Virus record (IMG/VR): IMGVR_UViG_3300003320_000592
Coordinates: 1,054-65,053 of that record
DNA: 64,000 nt
Direction: 5' to 3' (one strand)
DNA from: a virus
Position 1 is the first letter of the stretch, and every line of letters begins with the position of its first letter. The notes below the pieces were generated by a model. The model saw nothing but the letters and a program-made list of their open reading frames with translations. It did not search any database and had not been told where the DNA came from. The position numbers and the translations under genes were made by a program. Positions 36,229-45,331 of this stretch are shown piece after piece.

Positions 36229-36924
36229 ATGGAGAGATACGGCGCGGCCGAGATGGTGCGCGAGTTCCACGAGTCGTTCCGTCTGCCGATGTCGGACACG
36301 CCGCGGACGCCGGGGCTGTTACTGGCCGGGGTGCGCAGTCGGATGCTCCTGCAGGAGGTCCGCGAGCTCGGCGAGGCGGTGATCGACGGAGAGTTGCCGG
36401 AGATCGCCCAGGAACTGGCCGACTGCGTGTATGTGCTTTACGGCACCGCGCTCACGTACGGCATCGACCTGGACGAAGTGCTCGCCGAGGTGCACCGGGC
36501 GAACATGACCAAGTCGCACGGAGACACCGTGGACGGCAAGGTGCAGAAGGGTGAGGCGTACCGCAAGCCGGATGTAGCCGCCGTGCTGGAGCGGCAGGCC
36601 GAGAAGCCGACCGACGAGGGCGTGCACTACTGCGCCGAGCACCGGCTGACCATCTCGCATTACCTCAGTGACCGCAGCCAGACCATGCTGCACTACGAGC
36701 TGAAGCATCCGGCCGAGTGCGACCGGCTGCCGTACAACATGCTGTGCCAGCTCGACCTGTACGGCAACGACCGGACGGGCTGGCCCGACGAGATCGGCGA
36801 GTACGTCATCTCGGCCTGGACCTCGAAGACCTGGACCGACACGGGCTGGGAGTACGACAGCGGCGTCGACTGGGATCACTTCGTGACCGTGTCCGCGACC
36901 GTGCCGGACGCCGAGGTCGCGTAG
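36229..36924 (+). CDS. MazG-like nucleoside triphosphate pyrophosphohydrolase (DR2231 type) plus C-terminal extension
   Basis: VREFH, LLQEVREL, ELADCVYVLYG, EVHRANMTK, GKVQKG; GGAGG RBS before 36229. Confidence 0.8.
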   Translation: MERYGAAEMVREFHESFRLPMSDTPRTPGLLLAGVRSRMLLQEVRELGEAVIDGELPEIAQELADCVYVLYGTALTYGIDLDEVLAEVHRANMTKSHGDTVDGKVQKGEAYRKPDVAAVLERQAEKPTDEGVHYCAEHRLTISHYLSDRSQTMLHYELKHPAECDRLPYNMLCQLDLYGNDRTGWPDEIGEYVISAWTSKTWTDTGWEYDSGVDWDHFVTVSATVPDAEVA

Positions 36925-37148
36925 TGTTCGGGCGCAAGATCGCCAAGTTCCCGGTGACCCTGTCCGGCTGGCTCATCGACGCGGACGGACATGTGTTCTC
37001 GCTGCTCGACGGGCCGTGGGCCGGATGCAGGGCGCGCACCGTGTTCTGGCCGGACGACGAGGCGTGCAACGCGGAGTGCTGCCTGCCGGCCGGACATGAC
37101 GACCCGGACCGCCACTACGACCAGGTGCTCGGCTACTGGCTCGAATGA
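36924..37148 (+). CDS. Hypothetical protein with C/H motif
   Basis: C...C...CCLPAGHDDPDRH. Confidence 0.4.
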   Translation: MFGRKIAKFPVTLSGWLIDADGHVFSLLDGPWAGCRARTVFWPDDEACNAECCLPAGHDDPDRHYDQVLGYWLE

Positions 37149-37149
37149 C

Positions 37150-37182
37150 CCGAACGCCCCGGCTCTCCTCCGGGGCGTTCGG
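37150..37182 (+). terminator. Perfect 13-bp hairpin
   Basis: CCGAACGCCCCGG-7 nt-CCGGGGCGTTCGG. Confidence 0.7.
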
Positions 37183-37183
37183 C

Positions 37184-37221
37184 TTGACAGGGCACGCTGA
37201 TGCTGTAGGGTTGTCATCAGT
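37184..37221 (+). promoter_or_regulatory. SigA-type promoter with downstream 12-bp motif
   Basis: TTGACA-16 nt-TAGGGT, then GTTGTCATCAGT. Confidence 0.7.
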
Positions 37222-37259
37222 TAATCGGGAAGCAGGCCAGATCAGGGAGGAAGAAGACT

Positions 37260-37457
37260 GTGACCAAGTCGACCGATTGGATGGAGCAGGCGGCCTGCCG
37301 GTACCTGCCGCTGGCCGTCGTCGACAAGCTGTTCTTCACCACCGGCCCGAAGGGCCCGGAGCAGCGCGTCTGCGGCGGCTGTCCGGTGAATCGCCAGTGC
37401 ACCTGGAAGAACCGCCGCAAGCGCGCCGACACGAAGAAGGCGGGGACCACGGCATGA
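37260..37457 (+). CDS. whiB: WhiB-like Fe-S transcription factor (truncated)
   Basis: WMEQAAC...LFF...VCGGCPVNRQC; lacks G[VI]WGG. Confidence 0.65.
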   Translation: MTKSTDWMEQAACRYLPLAVVDKLFFTTGPKGPEQRVCGGCPVNRQCTWKNRRKRADTKKAGTTA

Positions 37458-37858
37458 CAGAAGCCGTAGCCGACATGGGCCCTGTGGCACGGGCCGTGTC
37501 GCGCGCCCGTGACGTGCGCCGCCCGGACGCGGACTCGATCGGCGCCGGGCAGGTCGTCGTGGTGTACGGGCCGCGGGTGCGCAAGATCTCGCACGTGGTC
37601 CGCGTCGGGCGCACGCTGATCGAGGTGGCCGGGATGTCGTTCCCGTTCGACCGAGACATGCTGCGGGCGCGGACCGGCTCCGGGACCCAGTGGCGGATCA
37701 AGACGGCCGAGCAGGACGCGTACGACCTGCGCATGGACGCGGCGCGCGCCCGGCTGCGGCGGGCCGGCGTGGCACTGTCCGCCGTCCAGCCGCCGCCCGA
37801 CGGGCACATCCTGGCATACGCAGCCCTGGCCCGCCTGCTCGCCGAAGGCGGTGGGTGA
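37454..37858 (+). CDS. Hypothetical protein
   Basis: ATGA coupling. Confidence 0.5.
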   Translation: MTEAVADMGPVARAVSRARDVRRPDADSIGAGQVVVVYGPRVRKISHVVRVGRTLIEVAGMSFPFDRDMLRARTGSGTQWRIKTAEQDAYDLRMDAARARLRRAGVALSAVQPPPDGHILAYAALARLLAEGGG

Positions 37859-37970
37859 CATGGCCAGAAGGATCCTCGCGTCCGTCGCCGTCGGACTGCT
37901 CGGAGCGGCGGTCGCGGTGCTGGTCGGGTCACTGCTGGCCGCCTGCGGACCCAACGTCTAGGAGAACACT

Positions 37971-38381
37971 GTGATCCACCGAATGACGCCTGCACGCCTG
38001 GACACGCTGAGCAGGCACCACGGGCCAGCCGCCACGGAGCTGGCCAACGAGGTCAGACGCATGTGGGACCTGTTCGAGCGGCTGTCCGCCTGCGTCGGCC
38101 GGCTCGACTTCGACAGCGCCGAGTCCGCGCTTCCGCCGGACGAGGAGTCGTGGGTCGAGTTCGTCCGCACTGTGCACGAGCGCGCCGAGAAGATCATGGA
38201 CGAGTACGACGGAGCCGACTACGCCGAGTACCAGGCCAGGCGCGCCGAGGTCATGGAACGGTACACGCCGCGGCTGAAGGAGCTGGACGTGCGCAATCCC
38301 GCATACGCGGTGCTGTGGAACGAGCGGCGTGAGGCGCTGGACGCGCTGGACGTCTCCTACCGCCGCAAGAGAGGGCACTGA
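37971..38381 (+). CDS. Hypothetical protein
   Basis: AGGAG RBS. Confidence 0.55.
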   Translation: MIHRMTPARLDTLSRHHGPAATELANEVRRMWDLFERLSACVGRLDFDSAESALPPDEESWVEFVRTVHERAEKIMDEYDGADYAEYQARRAEVMERYTPRLKELDVRNPAYAVLWNERREALDALDVSYRRKRGH

Positions 38382-38382
38382 C

Positions 38383-38658
38383 ATGCCGGTCTACAGGTTC
38401 GAGGCCGTCAGACGGCGGGTCACCAAGGTCGTCAAATGCCGGGGCTGCGACCGCAAGCTCACCAGGTCGACCACGCTGGAGCAGACGGTCAACCCGTACA
38501 ACCGCAACGCCGACGGCACCGTCAAGACGCGCAGCCAGATCGTCGAAGAGCTCGAAGACGAGGCGGCGATCTGGCACCCGAGCAACGACATCTGCTCACG
38601 GTGCAGGGATCTCCCGGTGTGGCCGATCGTCGAGGACGCAGATCCGCTGACGGCCTGA
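38383..38658 (+). CDS. Zn-finger-like hypothetical protein
   Basis: CRGC...CSRC; QTVNPYN...GTVKT. Confidence 0.55.
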   Translation: MPVYRFEAVRRRVTKVVKCRGCDRKLTRSTTLEQTVNPYNRNADGTVKTRSQIVEELEDEAAIWHPSNDICSRCRDLPVWPIVEDADPLTA

Positions 38659-38677
38659 CGGCCGCAGCCCGCGAACG

Positions 38678-38717
38678 CGCGGCGCCCGGGTTGCGTCAGG
38701 GGAGCCCGGGCGCCGCG
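38678..38717. terminator. Intergenic 13-bp hairpin
   Basis: CGCGGCGCCCGGG-14 nt-CCCGGGCGCCGCG. Confidence 0.55.
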
Positions 38718-38740
38718 TATCCACAGGAAGGAACCGCCGG

Positions 38741-39088
38741 ATGACACCGGAGCGACTGGCCGAGATCCGCGTACGCTATCCGAGCCTGACCGTCGTTGGC
38801 GAACTGCTCGACCACATCGAAGAGCTCGAACACCGTCTAGACGTGTGCCAAAAGGCGCAGAGGGCCGCCATGGGACCGGCCGCGCAGGACCTCATGCTGC
38901 TTCCGTCCGCGCACACCAGCGAGCAAGAGGCGCACGCCGCCGCACGCGTGGTCTGCGACCGGACCGGGCGCGCCGAGCTCGAAGACCGATACCTCGAACC
39001 TGCGCGACTGTCGGACACCAGCCGGCGCTTCCTGGCACAGGAGGCCCGGCCCGTGCTCGAAATGCTCGGCCTGGTCGAGCCCCGCTGA
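38741..39088 (+). CDS. Hypothetical protein
   Basis: GGAAGGA RBS. Confidence 0.55.
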   Translation: MTPERLAEIRVRYPSLTVVGELLDHIEELEHRLDVCQKAQRAAMGPAAQDLMLLPSAHTSEQEAHAAARVVCDRTGRAELEDRYLEPARLSDTSRRFLAQEARPVLEMLGLVEPR

Positions 39089-39327
39089 ACGAACCCCGGA
39101 GGAACCGCGCCATGGGCGTGCTCATCATCATGGCCCTGCTGCCCGCCCTGGTGCCCACGAAGCGCCGACCCCGCTACCACGGCCTACGGGGTCGCCCGCG
39201 CTACCGCGGCGCGCACCGGGGCCGGTCGCGTCCACTGCGCATGCCTTCGCTGATCCGAGCGGCCGGCCTTTAACAGACTTCCCGGACATCCGTCCGGGTT
39301 ATGAAGATCCCTATAGGAGGGGAACAA

Positions 39328-40221
39328 GTGAAGAAGATCCACAGGATTCTGGCCCTCGGCGCCGCATTGGCGCTGCTGGCCGGTGTGGGCGCGGCCTCGG
39401 CCGCCGCACCGAGCTCGGCACCGTCCAGCTACGTCACGCAGACCAGCACCCGCGTGCTGGACACCCGCACCGCGAACACGCCGCTGGCCTCCGGGCGCAC
39501 CACGGTCATCGACACGAAGGTCCCGGCCGGGGCCACGGCCGTCACGGTCAACCTGACCATCACCGGCGTGACCGGCGGCGGATTCGTCCTGGCGTACGCC
39601 GACGGCGCGACAAGGCCGGACCCGGCCAGCTCGGTCAACTTCGGCGTCGGCCAGACCGTGGCCAACGAGACCACCGTGGCGCTGACCAACGGAAAGATCG
39701 ACGTCTACAACGGCGCCGCCAGCGGCAGCGTGCAGGTCATCGTGGACGTGCTCGGGTACTACACGGCGGCCGCGGCGGCCTACGTGCCCCCGACGACGGC
39801 CAGCGCGCACGACACCGGCGGCGAGACCGTCACCACCGGCGGGTCCTTCAGCGCCAACGCACAGGAGGTCGCCACCCTGGCCCTGGCCGCCGGATCCTAC
39901 GAGGTGTCCCTGAGCGCCAAGGCGACCCCCACGGCCGCCACCGGATCCGTCGAGGTGTTCCCGCAGTTCTTCGTCTACAACCAGGCCAAGAACCCGGCGT
40001 TCACCGGCGACGAGTTCAACGCGGGCAGCGGCGCGCTGGAGTCAGGATCCAACAGCAACATCGACTCGTACTTCAGCGGATCCGGCCTGGTCACGGTTCC
40101 GTCCGGTGGAGAGACGCTGCACGTCTACGCGTTCGGATACGACAGCGACCGCGGCTCGGGCAGCTACACGCTGGACAACCTGTCGATCACGGCCGTGCCG
40201 GTGGCGGTACCGGTCAGCTGA
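39328..40221 (+). CDS. Secreted protein with an actinobacterial surface-protein domain (RVLDTR...VNLT...SSVNF...DVLGYY)
   Basis: AGGAGG RBS; signal peptide [25 protein letters not shown]. Confidence 0.75.
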   Translation: MKKIHRILALGAALALLAGVGAASAAAPSSAPSSYVTQTSTRVLDTRTANTPLASGRTTVIDTKVPAGATAVTVNLTITGVTGGGFVLAYADGATRPDPASSVNFGVGQTVANETTVALTNGKIDVYNGAASGSVQVIVDVLGYYTAAAAAYVPPTTASAHDTGGETVTTGGSFSANAQEVATLALAAGSYEVSLSAKATPTAATGSVEVFPQFFVYNQAKNPAFTGDEFNAGSGALESGSNSNIDSYFSGSGLVTVPSGGETLHVYAFGYDSDRGSGSYTLDNLSITAVPVAVPVS

Positions 40222-40232
40222 CCTTGAACAGA

Positions 40233-40265
40233 CGAAAGCGGCCCCTGCGGTTGGGGCCGCTTTCG
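40233..40265. terminator. Intrinsic terminator
   Basis: CGAAAGCGGCCCC-7 nt-GGGGCCGCTTTCG. Confidence 0.75.
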
Positions 40266-40332
40266 CATGGCGGGACCTGGTCGTCCGCCGTCAGCATACC
40301 CGGACCGCCCCCACGGGCGGTACATTGCGGTC

Positions 40333-40563
40333 ATGACCACCCGACTGCGCGCGCTGACCGTGATACGGGCCGGGACCGAGCGGGCCCGCTGGCCGGACAT
40401 CCAGCCCGGAGACGTGTGGGACGACACGGACGATGTGAACGCCTCCCGGCTGATCGCGAACGGGTCGGCCGCGGCGGACCCCGGTGGCACCGTGACCTAC
40501 CCGCACCATGACCTGGCGCTGCTCGACGGCGTCCCCGGACTGCGCCGGGCGGTGAGCAACTGA
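40333..40563 (+). CDS. Hypothetical protein
   Basis: ORF track, packing. Confidence 0.4.
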   Translation: MTTRLRALTVIRAGTERARWPDIQPGDVWDDTDDVNASRLIANGSAAADPGGTVTYPHHDLALLDGVPGLRRAVSN

Positions 40564-40820
40564 TGCCGTACCGTCCCCGCTCCCGGGTGATCAGTCCCGG
40601 CGACCTGCAGCGCCGGCGGTTCGCTCTGAGGGTCCGCATCCGGCCGGAGGCGCTGTCCGGCTTCTACGCCGCGCGTAGCCGCGACGTCTCCCAGGGCGCG
40701 CCGCAGGCTCCCCGGATCGAGTCGCGCCCGGCCAACGACACCGACTTCGGGCCGGACGGGGTGCAGAAGCCGGACGCCGAGGTCCGGATGCCCCAGTGGC
40801 ACCGGGGCGTGACGAACTAG
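40563..40820 (+). CDS. Hypothetical protein
   Basis: TGATG coupling. Confidence 0.4.
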   Translation: MPYRPRSRVISPGDLQRRRFALRVRIRPEALSGFYAARSRDVSQGAPQAPRIESRPANDTDFGPDGVQKPDAEVRMPQWHRGVTN

Positions 40821-40857
40821 ACAGGGCTCCGGGATCTGATACTGTGTTGTCATCAGT
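40818..40857 (+). promoter_or_regulatory. SigA-type promoter with downstream 12-bp motif
   Basis: TAGACA-16 nt-TACTGT, then GTTGTCATCAGT. Confidence 0.6.
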
Positions 40858-40878
40858 GAGAGCGTTCAGGGAGGAACC

Positions 40879-41322
40879 ATGAAGAGCACGTACAAGGCGG
40901 CCGTGGCCGCCGCCGCCTGCACCGCGTCCCTCGCGTGGGGGATGTTCACCGCCGTGGCGAACACCGGCGCGTTGAACAGCCCGTCGTCCGCGGCCGACGC
41001 TGCGGTTCCGGCGCCGACGTCCACCGCACCGGACCCGGCCGCGATACTGCGCCGGATGCACGTGCCCGGCATCACCGCCGGCGCCGACTACGCCGACGGC
41101 CAGTACGCCAGCGGCGAGCAGATCGTGGTGTACACCTTCGCCGACCGGGCGGACGAGGACGCGTACATCGGGCTCAACCCGTCGAACGACGTGAACAAGC
41201 TGCTGGTGGGCGAGCTGTTCGCGATCACGGTGACCGGCGTGGACGAGGCCTCCGGCATCGTCTTCCCCGAATCCGTGGCCGCGCTGGCTGCGCAGTCCGG
41301 CGCCACCGCCGGGCAGGACTGA
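40879..41322 (+). CDS. Secreted/membrane-anchored protein
   Basis: GTTCAGGGAGG RBS element; N-terminal signal-like helix. Confidence 0.6.
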   Translation: MKSTYKAAVAAAACTASLAWGMFTAVANTGALNSPSSAADAAVPAPTSTAPDPAAILRRMHVPGITAGADYADGQYASGEQIVVYTFADRADEDAYIGLNPSNDVNKLLVGELFAITVTGVDEASGIVFPESVAALAAQSGATAGQD

Positions 41323-41490
41323 GGCGTTCGACGTGGCCCGATCCAGGGTCGAGAAGTCCGCCGTCCTGTACGAGGTGTGGCAGGCGGCCCGCGAGCAGTG
41401 GGAGATCACGCGCTCGCACAAGGACTACAGGCGAGTCATCCAGGCGCAGTTCCGGTACCGGGACGTGAAGTCGGAGGAGAGCACGACCGT

Positions 41491-41742
41491 ATGAGCAAGA
41501 ACACTGCGAAGGCACCCGCCCCGCTCGTCGAGGTCACCAACTGTTGCTGCGGCGTGGTCCACCGGATGAAGCGGCGCGCCTGGGAGCAGGTCCAGGCCGT
41601 GACCAAGGACAAGGCGGACACGGTTCCCGTCGGCACGGGGATCGACTGCTGGCGGGTGCCGAGAATCTACATCGCCTGCCACGGGATCGCGGCCTCCGAG
41701 CTGCCCAAGCTGGCCGACCTATACGACTGGGAGAGGGTGTGA
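41491..41742 (+). CDS. Hypothetical protein
   Basis: GGAGGAG RBS. Confidence 0.5.
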   Translation: MSKNTAKAPAPLVEVTNCCCGVVHRMKRRAWEQVQAVTKDKADTVPVGTGIDCWRVPRIYIACHGIAASELPKLADLYDWERV

Positions 41743-41858
41743 CCCGTGGCCGAAGACCCGCTGCCGAAGCCCACGGACAAGGACGAGAAGGACGCCGAGG
41801 ACTCCGTGAAGGACTGGCTGAAGAAGCAGGGATACCCGACACCGGACCCGAGGGACCA

Positions 41859-42119
41859 GTGACCGTGGCGATGCAGTGCCCATGGAGGATCCACTGGGGC
41901 GTGGGCCAGGAGTCCACAACGCAGTGCGGCCGCGACCGGCACATCGGGGACCCCGAGCACCGCGGCATGCACGACAACCCGGCGTCGCCGAACGGAAAGA
42001 TGATGATCTCGTGGCGGGCCGGAGACCGGCGCGAGTACGTCGGCCCGTGGCCGGGACCGTGCTCGAAGACCCCGGGATGCGTGCTGCACACGGGCCACCG
42101 CGGACGGTGCGCGACGTGA
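41859..42119 (+). CDS. Cys/His-rich hypothetical protein
   Basis: QC...QCGRDRHIGDPEH...CVLHTGHRGRC. Confidence 0.45.
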   Translation: MTVAMQCPWRIHWGVGQESTTQCGRDRHIGDPEHRGMHDNPASPNGKMMISWRAGDRREYVGPWPGPCSKTPGCVLHTGHRGRCAT

Positions 42120-42424
42120 GCCGGGTCAGGGAGTTCCGCGACGAGCTGGCCGGCCTCCGGGGCCGGATCGCCTACAGCCCCGAGGCGGCGGCCGTGTGCA
42201 CGCTGGCCACGGCCGCACTCGCCGAGGCGGACGCGGAGATCGCCCGGCTCCGGGCCGAGCTGGACGCGCGGTCGGACCGCGCGGTGCTGCACGCTGTCGG
42301 CGCGCAGTGCGAGCGGATCGTCGCCACCGGCGAGGCGGCGTCCGAAGACGTCGGCACGCTGCTGCGCTCGACCGACGACGGCCGAACCTGGGAGATGACG
42401 ACGGCCGGCTGGCTGTTACGGTAG
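42116..42424 (+). CDS. Hypothetical protein
   Basis: GTGA coupling; ends before hairpin. Confidence 0.45.
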   Translation: MSRVREFRDELAGLRGRIAYSPEAAAVCTLATAALAEADAEIARLRAELDARSDRAVLHAVGAQCERIVATGEAASEDVGTLLRSTDDGRTWEMTTAGWLLR

Positions 42425-42436
42425 TATCGCGCTCTA

Positions 42437-42464
42437 GAGGCCCCGGACTCCGGTTCGGGGCCTC
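42437..42464 (+). terminator. Hairpin ending accessory region
   Basis: GAGGCCCCG-10 nt-CGGGGCCTC. Confidence 0.55.
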
Positions 42465-42538
42465 GCGCCGTCTGGCCGTCTGTCCGCAGTGCGCTATGCT
42501 CGGACTGACCTTGTCGTCAGATGGCGGGAGATCCGATC

Positions 42539-42820
42539 ATGAGCGGTATCAGCAGCATCATCACCGACGTCAAGCGCGTCGTCAGCGAGATCAGCGGCGA
42601 GGCGGCCCGTGCGGCCGAGTCCGCCCTGGCGGACCTGGAGACCGAGGCGGCCCGCGTCCACGACTCCGTCAGCGCGCTGCTGGCCCAGGCCAAGGCCGAC
42701 GCGGAGCAGGCCGTCACGGCCGCAGAGCCGGCCGTCAAGGACGCGGTCACCGCGCTCGTGGCCAAGCTGGAGGCCGACGTGCAGGCGGTGCTGGCCTCCC
42801 TGGCCGTCCACTCGCTCTAG
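42539..42820 (+). CDS. Ala-rich amphipathic helical protein
   Basis: GGGAGA RBS; upstream TATGCT -10-like box. Confidence 0.55.
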   Translation: MSGISSIITDVKRVVSEISGEAARAAESALADLETEAARVHDSVSALLAQAKADAEQAVTAAEPAVKDAVTALVAKLEADVQAVLASLAVHSL

Positions 42821-42838
42821 TCCGGACGGAGCGCGGCC

Positions 42839-43825
42839 GTGACGATCTGGTACCCCGATGTCTCGAACTACGAGAAGAACATGCCCCTTGAAGCGGGCAC
42901 GGTGGCGTGCTTCGCCAAGGCGTCCGAGGGCCTGACGTACAAAGATCCGTACTACGCCCACTTCAAGGCGGAGGCCGCGCGCGTCGGCGCTGTGTTCGGG
43001 GCGTACCACTTCCTCAAGCAGGGCAACGCCGCGGCGCAGGCGCGGAACTGCTTCGCCGCGGTCGGCCCCGGCGTTCCGGTGATGGCGGACGTCGAGCCGG
43101 AGTACGACTCGGCGGGCAACATCGTCTCGGCGCCCACGATCTCGGACCTCGTCACATTCCGCGACGAGTACCGGGCGCTCGGCGGCCTGATCCGTCTCAA
43201 CTACCTGCCGCACTGGTACTGGTCAGGCAAGATGGGCTCGCCCTCACTGGCGCCGGTGGCCGATCTGGCACTGGTCGCCAGCAGCTACGGCCCGTACAGT
43301 GACACCGCCCCCGGCTGGGCCGCGTACGGCGGTCTGTCACCGCAGATCCTGCAGTACACAGACGCGCAGCCGTACAGCGGACTGTCCGTCGACTTCAACG
43401 CGTTCCGCGGCACCGTCGAGGAGTTCAAGGCGCTGCTCGGACTGGCCGCGCCCCCGGCTCCTGCCCCACCACCCCCTCCGATCCAGGAGACTGACATGAC
43501 ACACCTCATCGGCGTCAAGCCGGACCCGACCGGAGGAACCGGCAGCGGGATGTTCCTCGTGGACGGCAACCGCGTGTCGCACATCGCCAGCGGCGAATAC
43601 CTCGGCGAGCTGCGGGCCAGGTACGGCGCGGAGCTGACCGCCACCACGGCCGACTACCAGGCCCATCTGGCCGCCATGGCCACGGCTCAGGTCACCGTGG
43701 ACGCCACGGCCCTAGCGGACGCGGTCAAGGCGGCGCTGACGGACCCGGCGATGATCGCGGCCCTGGCCAAGGCCGTCGCGCACGCGCAGGCCGTCGAGCT
43801 GCACAACGACACCCCGTCGAACTGA
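42839..43825 (+). CDS. Endolysin, GH25 muramidase
   Basis: PDVSNYE, FAKASEG, GAYHF, ADVE, ILQYT, VDFNAF motifs. Confidence 0.88.
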   Translation: MTIWYPDVSNYEKNMPLEAGTVACFAKASEGLTYKDPYYAHFKAEAARVGAVFGAYHFLKQGNAAAQARNCFAAVGPGVPVMADVEPEYDSAGNIVSAPTISDLVTFRDEYRALGGLIRLNYLPHWYWSGKMGSPSLAPVADLALVASSYGPYSDTAPGWAAYGGLSPQILQYTDAQPYSGLSVDFNAFRGTVEEFKALLGLAAPPAPAPPPPPIQETDMTHLIGVKPDPTGGTGSGMFLVDGNRVSHIASGEYLGELRARYGAELTATTADYQAHLAAMATAQVTVDATALADAVKAALTDPAMIAALAKAVAHAQAVELHNDTPSN

Positions 43826-43836
43826 CCGGAGAGACC

Positions 43837-44778
43837 GTGACGAGCAACGAGCTGCGCATGCCCGGCAAGTACGGGCGCAAGCCGAACGATCCCGCGCGAC
43901 CCCGGCTGCGGCTGGCCCGCGCGCTGACCGGCGTCGTGCCCGCCTACCCGCCCGCCGACGACTACCTGGCCGCCCTGAGTGGCTGGCAGATGCTCGGCAA
44001 CGACCAGTACGGCGACTGCGTCGCGGTCACCTGGGCGAACCTGCGCAGGCTGACCACGGCCAAGCTGTCCACCGAGTCGTATCCGTCGATGTCCGAGGTC
44101 GAGGCCGTATACAAGACGCAGAACCCCGACTTCCCGTCGCAGGACGACGGCATGGACATCCAGACACTGCTCGAACACCTGGTCAAGACCGGTGGCCCGG
44201 ACGGGGTCAAGGCGGTCGGGTTCGCGGCCGTGGACCACACCAACCCGGACGAGGTCAAGGCTGCCATCGCGATCTTCGGCGCCGTGTGGGTGGGGATCGA
44301 CGTGCTCGCGGCCAACGAGGCGCAGTTCGGCGACGGCCAGCCGTGGGACTACGTCTCCGGATCGGAGGACGTCGGCGGCCACAGCGTGCTGGTCGGCGGG
44401 TACGGCGCTTCCCCGTCCGGCGCTTCCGCGCAGCTCGGCGGCGACGAGAAGTTCATCACCTGGGCACAGGAGACCTCGTTCACCGACCGGTTCTGGTCCA
44501 AGCAGGTCAGCGAGTGCTGGGTCGTCGTGTGGCCGGAACACCTCGGCTCGCGCGAGTTCCTGGACAGCGTCGACCTGGCCCAGATGGCGGCCGACTACAC
44601 GGACATCACCGGAAAGCCGTTCCCGGCGCCGCTGCCCGAACCGCCCTCTCCGACACCCGCCCCGACGCCCGTCCCTGTTCCGACCCCTCCGACCCCGGAG
44701 CCGGTGCCGGAAGGGTTCATCCAATGGCTGGTCGACCGGCTGGAGCACCTGGTCACCGACATCAAGAAGTGGCTGTGA
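43837..44778 (+). CDS. Papain-like cysteine peptidase
   Basis: MLGNDQYGDC (catalytic Cys), GGHSVLVGGY (His), FITW. Confidence 0.65.
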   Translation: MTSNELRMPGKYGRKPNDPARPRLRLARALTGVVPAYPPADDYLAALSGWQMLGNDQYGDCVAVTWANLRRLTTAKLSTESYPSMSEVEAVYKTQNPDFPSQDDGMDIQTLLEHLVKTGGPDGVKAVGFAAVDHTNPDEVKAAIAIFGAVWVGIDVLAANEAQFGDGQPWDYVSGSEDVGGHSVLVGGYGASPSGASAQLGGDEKFITWAQETSFTDRFWSKQVSECWVVVWPEHLGSREFLDSVDLAQMAADYTDITGKPFPAPLPEPPSPTPAPTPVPVPTPPTPEPVPEGFIQWLVDRLEHLVTDIKKWL

Positions 44779-45317
44779 GACCCGGAGACGTCTGGGCGGT
44801 CGATGCGCCGGGCCTCGGCCGCATCCCGATCATGATCGGGTCGTGGCTGCTCGGGCACCCGGCGCCCGTCGACCACGTCGTCGTGTCGCACCACCAGGAT
44901 AAGAACAACATCTGGTGGGGCATCGAGGGGCGCCCGAGCCGTGTCGGGTGGGTGGACATGTCCGTCTACATGAAGACCCCCGGCCAGCTGAGGCACGCGC
45001 TCGGCAACACGATGCAGCCGCGCACGGACGCGCAGCGCCAGGCCGTGTGCAAGCTGATGGAGGGCCTGCTCGGCACCGGGTACGACTGGATCGGCGGCAT
45101 CGTGGCCGACTTCGACGCCGTGCTGCGCGCCGAGGATCTGGCCAAGCTGGTCGACCACTGGTGGGGCTGGCCGGACGACGTCGCCCGGCCGCCGCACGTC
45201 GTGTGCTCCAGCGCGGCGGCGTGGGCGTACGGGCGCCTCGGTCTCGACCGCCCGGGCGGCCCGGAGGAACTCGTCAGCCCCGCCGACTGGTGGGACTTCA
45301 ACAAGCAGTGGCAGTGA
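44775..45317 (+). CDS. Permuted NlpC/P60 (YiiX/YaeF-like) amidase
   Basis: His first (DHVVVV), LLGTGYDW, then VCSSAAAWAY. Confidence 0.7.
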   Translation: MRPGDVWAVDAPGLGRIPIMIGSWLLGHPAPVDHVVVSHHQDKNNIWWGIEGRPSRVGWVDMSVYMKTPGQLRHALGNTMQPRTDAQRQAVCKLMEGLLGTGYDWIGGIVADFDAVLRAEDLAKLVDHWWGWPDDVARPPHVVCSSAAAWAYGRLGLDRPGGPEELVSPADWWDFNKQWQ

Positions 45318-45331
45318 AAGGGAGACCCGAA

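Noticed and set aside
29836-36924. Base-modification pathway (e.g. Z-DNA or 7-deazaguanine)
   Set aside because: No PurZ, QueC/FolE/DpdA or hydroxymethylase recognised; two putative pyrophosphatases alone are insufficient.
42425-42480. Possible tRNA (GGTTCG-like sequence)
   Set aside because: Only a single stem-loop; no cloverleaf or acceptor stem, so better read as a terminator.
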